From the NCBI GenBank assembly GCA_051439505.1, contig JBFRWI010000104.1, positions 1 through 12,453 of the forward strand: a DNA stretch of 12,453 bases. The letters run 5' to 3'. Every line of letters begins with the position of its first letter. Within the stretch, counting starts at the first letter, position 1. The translations under genes and the position numbers were made by a program. Shown one piece after another: positions 8,694-12,453 of the stretch. This DNA is from Hormoscilla sp. (GTDB lineage Bacteria > Cyanobacteriota > Cyanobacteriia > Cyanobacteriales > Desertifilaceae). The notes under the pieces were generated by a model, which saw nothing but the letters and a program-made list of their open reading frames with translations, made no database searches and had not been told where the DNA came from.

Positions 8694-10016
8694 TCAACCT
8701 TGGGCTTCGACCAATTCCGGCGGACTGCTATCCAGATTGCCAGTACTGCTGTCGATCGCCAGGGGTGCCACAACAGTTAGTCCACCGGGTATACAGGCAA
8801 CTTCAATCGGGGTCGTACCGATCACTTCACCATCAACCACAACCTTTTGCGGCGGGTCCGCAGTCACCTTAATCCGGTTAGTGCGGAGACGGATGGTATC
8901 ATCTCGGTTAATCTCTGTTTTAATCAAAGCTGCTTCCAGCAAATCAATCATCGCCGTGACAGTTTGCAGCTTAGTCTTAGAGGTGAGAATCATAACTTCC
9001 AAGAGACCATCATTGACAATTACCTCTCCAAATCCTTGAGCCATAATGGAAGTAATCGGTGCTGCATTAGCAATAGTAATGGCCCCGGCCTGGAAATTCT
9101 GGACAACCCCTTCAATTTCAATTTCTGTCTCAAACAGATCGTGCTCGTTAAGTTGCTGCCAGCCAGCTATAACGTATGCTAAAGCCCCCCAGCGATTTTT
9201 TGCCTCCCGTTCGGCCCGTTCAATAGTTCCGGCTTCAAAACCAATGCCAGCTAATAAAATCATCGGCAGACCATTGCAGCTAGCCACATCTACGACCCGG
9301 GTCATGCCTGCTAAAATAGTCTCGCAGGCACCTCTAATATTGGTAGGAATTCCCAAGGCCAGGCAAAAGGCATTGGCAGTCCCCCGAGGAATCACTCCCA
9401 AAGGTATTTCCGTACCAATTACTGCCCCCGCAACAGCAGAAACCGTGCCGTCCCCCCCAGAAGCAATAATTAGGTCGCTTCCAGAGGCGATCGCCTCTTG
9501 GGCCAACTGTTCGGCAGTAGTCTGTGGGTTAGTCAAGCAAACCTTTAACTGCATGTAGGGTTCTAGCAGTTTTCTAATTAGCAATAGATCCTGTTGAGAA
9601 TTGCCTTGACCGGAAACCGGGTTAAAGATCAGGTGGGCGAAACGAGTCTGACTCAAGAAGGCCGCGATCGCCCCGGCAGTGGCAAAATTTAGGGCGATCG
9701 GGACATTGTGTAAATTACAGATGCGCAGCAATGTTTGGGCTTGAGGTTCTTGGGGTTGAGCTGTACCTGAGTCAATCAGAAAGATAACAGCTACCACATT
9801 ACCTGTAGTAACTTCAGCAGCAATTTGCACGTCTCCCCCTTGAGAACCGGGCAGCATCAGGGATACCTCTAACCCCGTTCCTTGTTGAATTCTTTGTCCC
9901 GTGGTACCTGTTGCTATCAATTTATAACGGGCAAGCACCAAAGCATGTTGCTTGACAAAGGCAACGACATTCTCTTTTTGGCTGTCGTGGGCAATTAGGG
10001 CGATCGTCGGTTCCAT
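8694..10016 (-). CDS. mgsA: Methylglyoxal synthase-like domain fused to a YegS/DAGK-family lipid kinase domain
   Basis: MGS motifs IALIAHD, ATGTTG, GGDxQI. DAGK motifs LIFNPVSG, SGGDGT, PRGTANAF, DGLLEV, VVVDGE. This fusion is typical of cyanobacteria. Confidence 0.9.
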   Translation of the reverse strand: MEPTIALIAHDSQKENVVAFVKQHALVLARYKLIATGTTGQRIQQGTGLEVSLMLPGSQGGDVQIAAEVTTGNVVAVIFLIDSGTAQPQEPQAQTLLRICNLHNVPIALNFATAGAIAAFLSQTRFAHLIFNPVSGQGNSQQDLLLIRKLLEPYMQLKVCLTNPQTTAEQLAQEAIASGSDLIIASGGDGTVSAVAGAVIGTEIPLGVIPRGTANAFCLALGIPTNIRGACETILAGMTRVVDVASCNGLPMILLAGIGFEAGTIERAEREAKNRWGALAYVIAGWQQLNEHDLFETEIEIEGVVQNFQAGAITIANAAPITSIMAQGFGEVIVNDGLLEVMILTSKTKLQTVTAMIDLLEAALIKTEINRDDTIRLRTNRIKVTADPPQKVVVDGEVIGTTPIEVACIPGGLTVVAPLAIDSSTGNLDSSPPELVEAQG

Positions 10017-10061
10017 TTGGGATCGTTCTGTTCGATATTTTACTTGCGCGCATTAACTCAT

Positions 10062-10070
10062 ATTCTACCA
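10062..10070 (-). promoter_or_regulatory. Candidate extended -10 (TGgTAGAAT) for mgsA
   Basis: Minus strand reads GGATAATGGTAGAATATG, about 45 nt upstream of ATG 10016. Confidence 0.4.
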
Positions 10071-10080
10071 TTATCCACTA

Positions 10081-10128
10081 GAGGCAGAGCCTAAGGGAGA
10101 ACGTTCCCAGCCTGAGACTGGGAACGAG
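10081..10128. repeat. REP-like palindrome half (GAGGCAGAGCCT...CGTTCCCAG-N7-CTGGGAACGAG)
   Basis: 9-bp perfect stem at 10102-10110 / 10118-10126. Resembles the CTCGTTCCCAG...CTGGGAAC dispersed repeat seen in cyanobacteria (from recall). Confidence 0.65.
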
Positions 10129-10142
10129 GGGGGTTAAAAGGT

Positions 10143-10328
10143 GGGTGTGGTCATGCATTTGTTGTAGCCGGATCCCCCCCAAACCCCCCCGCGCCAATTG
10201 GGGGGGCTCCGGAAGCCCCCCTTTTTAAGGGGGGTTTGGGGGGATCCGGCGACTGGGAGGGCCGCCCGAACGATCAACGGGTTTTGACCACACCCATCAG
10301 GAACGATCAACGGGTTTTGACCACACCC
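10143..10328. mobile_element. MITE-like element, family A copy 2 (186 bp), with a GC-rich cruciform cargo
   Basis: TIR GGGTGTGGTCA / TGACCACACCC. 10-bp TSD GTTAAAAGGT at 10133-10142 and 10329-10338. The right end GAACGATCAACGGGTTTTGACCACACCC is duplicated (10268-10295, 10301-10328). Cargo palindrome spans 10164-10250. Confidence 0.88.
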
Positions 10329-10349
10329 GTTAAAAGGTGGGTGTTATTT

Positions 10350-10559
10350 CAATACCTCGTAGGTTTTGCCTATAGGTTGGGGTGTGGCGCAAGCGCCCGT
10401 TGGTAGGAGACCTCCAATGCTGTCAGACCATCCGACCAATGCTGTCAGACCATCCGACCAATGCTGTCAGACCATCCGACCAATGCGGGGAGATTATCCG
10501 AGTCGGGCTAAAATGGGATGCTTCCCTGCCGGTAGTGATTTGTATTCCTTGAAATATTG
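10350..10559. mobile_element. MITE-like element, family B copy 1 (210 bp)
   Basis: Ends CAATACCTCGTAGGTTTTG and CCTTGAAATATTG (rc CAATATTTCAAGG). 10-bp TSD GGTGTTATTT at 10340-10349 and 10560-10569. Contains an orphan family-A end (10380-10406) and a 22-bp tandem repeat. Confidence 0.75.
10414..10486. repeat. 22-bp perfect tandem repeat CCAATGCTGTCAGACCATCCGA x3.3
   Basis: Units at 10414, 10436, 10458 plus CCAATGC at 10480. No spacers. Confidence 0.95.
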
Positions 10560-10567
10560 GGTGTTAT

Positions 10568-11347
<780 letters not shown>

Positions 11348-11406
11348 CTAGGTTCGAGCAATTTGGCACTAGAATCAAGCTATATACTCAAAATTTCTCA
11401 TCTCTG

Positions 11407-11434
11407 GTTAGTTGTTGCTTGTCAGTTGTTGGTT
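11407..11434. repeat. Degenerate STRR heptamer array (GTTAGTT-like x4)
   Basis: GTTAGTT GTTGCTT GTCAGTT GTTGGTT. Confidence 0.7.
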
Positions 11435-11450
11435 GCTCTTGCTCCGGACT

Positions 11451-11714
11451 TAATACTTCTCGGGGTTAATAACTTGTCATTGCGAGGGGGCGGGTGGCAC
11501 GAGCATTCTTCTTTACTCCGCCAGGATCCCCCCGAAGCAATCTCACCGACGACGCCAAGCGCTCTTCCTCTCATAGGTCGCGGGGGGATTGCTAGCGCTC
11601 CTGCGTCGCGCCGCTGCGCTAACGGGGGGGGGTTAACGAATATGAACGCATAAGTCGATCGCTACGTACCCCCCCCTCGCAATGACACCCTATATCCAAA
11701 ACCTTGAGGTATTG
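11451..11714. mobile_element. MITE-like element, family B copy 2 (264 bp), with a GTCATTGCGAG-type palindrome cargo
   Basis: 10-bp TSD GCTCCGGACT at 11441-11450 and 11715-11724. Left end TAATACTTCTCGG. Right end rc CAATACCTCAAGGTTTTGG, matching the left end of 10350-10559. Perfect 16-bp IR TGTCATTGCGAGGGGG at 11475-11490 / 11672-11687. Confidence 0.82.
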
Positions 11715-11771
11715 GCTCCGGACTAAGGTCCAGCCTGTCTAGCAATTAACAATCAATTTTCCCTTAACAAT

Positions 11772-11968
11772 GGGTGTGGTCAAAACCCGTTGATCGTTTC
11801 TGGGATATTCCAGCTGTCTGATTCCCTGTAGGGGCGTTAGCGCAGCGGCTGCGCAGCAGCTAGCATTCTGGCGACAAATTATGACCATAGATGACAGCTG
11901 TTCTCTCAGAATGCTTCGCCCTGCACCCCGCGAGAATCTTCCCGTACCAACTACTTTTGACCACACCC
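11772..11968. mobile_element. MITE-like element, family A copy 3 (197 bp), with a GTAG-REP doublet cargo
   Basis: Perfect 14-bp TIR GGGTGTGGTCAAAA (11772-11785) / TTTTGACCACACCC (11955-11968). 9-bp TSD CTTAACAAT at 11763-11771 and 11969-11977. Cargo GTAGGGGCG..AGCATTCTG / CAGAATGCTTCGCCCTGC spans 11828-11924. Confidence 0.9.
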
Positions 11969-11995
11969 CTTAACAATTCTCAACAAGCAAATAAA

Positions 11996-12313
11996 ATGGC
12001 AGTTAAAAAGCAATTCACAACTTTCCAGGACTTACTCGCAGAGTACGAGAAGCCAGTATTGGTAGATTTTTACGCTACCTGGTGCGGGCCTTGTCAAATG
12101 ATGGCCAAAATTCTCGATCGGGTGAACGCACAAATGAGCGATCGCCTACAGGTAGTAAAAATCGACACAGATAAATATCCCCAAATAGCTTCTCAGTACG
12201 GAATTGAGGCATTGCCAACCCTGATCCTGTTCAAAAACGGCCAGTCAGTTGATAAAATTGAAGGCGTCATCCGAACCGAACAGTTGATGGGGCGTTTGCA
12301 AGCCTTAATATAG
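11996..12313 (+). CDS. trxA: Thioredoxin (WCGPC; probably y-type/TrxQ-like), 105 aa
   Basis: MAVKKQF...PVLVDFYATWCGPCQMM...KIDTDKYP...ALPTLILFK. The true start is taken as ATG 11996; the track's 11891 start lies inside a MITE. Confidence 0.95.
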   Translation: MAVKKQFTTFQDLLAEYEKPVLVDFYATWCGPCQMMAKILDRVNAQMSDRLQVVKIDTDKYPQIASQYGIEALPTLILFKNGQSVDKIEGVIRTEQLMGRLQALI

Positions 12314-12453
12314 ATATAATTTCCTCGGCGTTGCACAACGACGGGATGATGAGGTCTGCTAATTGCAGAGGACGAAGTCGCGCAGCGGAGGGGGCCCGGA
12401 GCGTGCAGGAGCGCTATTGTCAATGGTTAATTGAGAGCGTCATTTATAGTCAT

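Noticed and set aside
10268..10486. Possible CRISPR array (28-bp and 22-bp repeats)
   Set aside because: The 28-mers are separated by only 5 nt and are MITE ends. The 22-mers have no spacers. No cas genes are present.
11891..11995. 35-aa N-terminal extension of thioredoxin in the ORF track
   Set aside because: It starts inside MITE 11772-11968. ATG 11996 gives a normal 105-aa thioredoxin.
12345..12380. Hammerhead-ribozyme-like TGATGAG...GACGAA
   Set aside because: The core deviates (ATGATGA rather than CTGANGA; GAAG rather than GAAA), and no convincing stems I and III could be found.

Overview
Cyanobacterial chromosomal DNA, with at least 13 exact HIP1 octamers (GCGATCGC) and heptamer STRR repeats. 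From left to right it holds: the 5' part of a citrate-synthase/citryl-CoA-lyase-like ORF running off the left edge (not in the supplied track); a GC-rich, frameshifted TauD-family dioxygenase; a decayed AbrB-family membrane protein fragment; a 71-aa orphan ORF; two tandem hybrid histidine kinases (pseudoREC-5xPAS-GAF-HK-REC and REC-HK-REC-HPt); an MgsA-diacylglycerol-kinase-family fusion whose MGS domain has altered catalytic residues; and the divergent fabG / thioredoxin pair. The most unusual signal is intergenic. Five non-coding MITE-like shells of two families (GGGTGTGGTCA(AAA) ends with 9-10 bp TSDs; YAATAYYTC ends with 10 bp TSDs) each enclose a different cargo. Three cargos are REP-like palindromes, and two of those carry a 25-29 nt micro-element inserted at the same CGAAGC hexamer, giving three-tier nesting. 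Family assignments come from motif recognition only; no searches were run.
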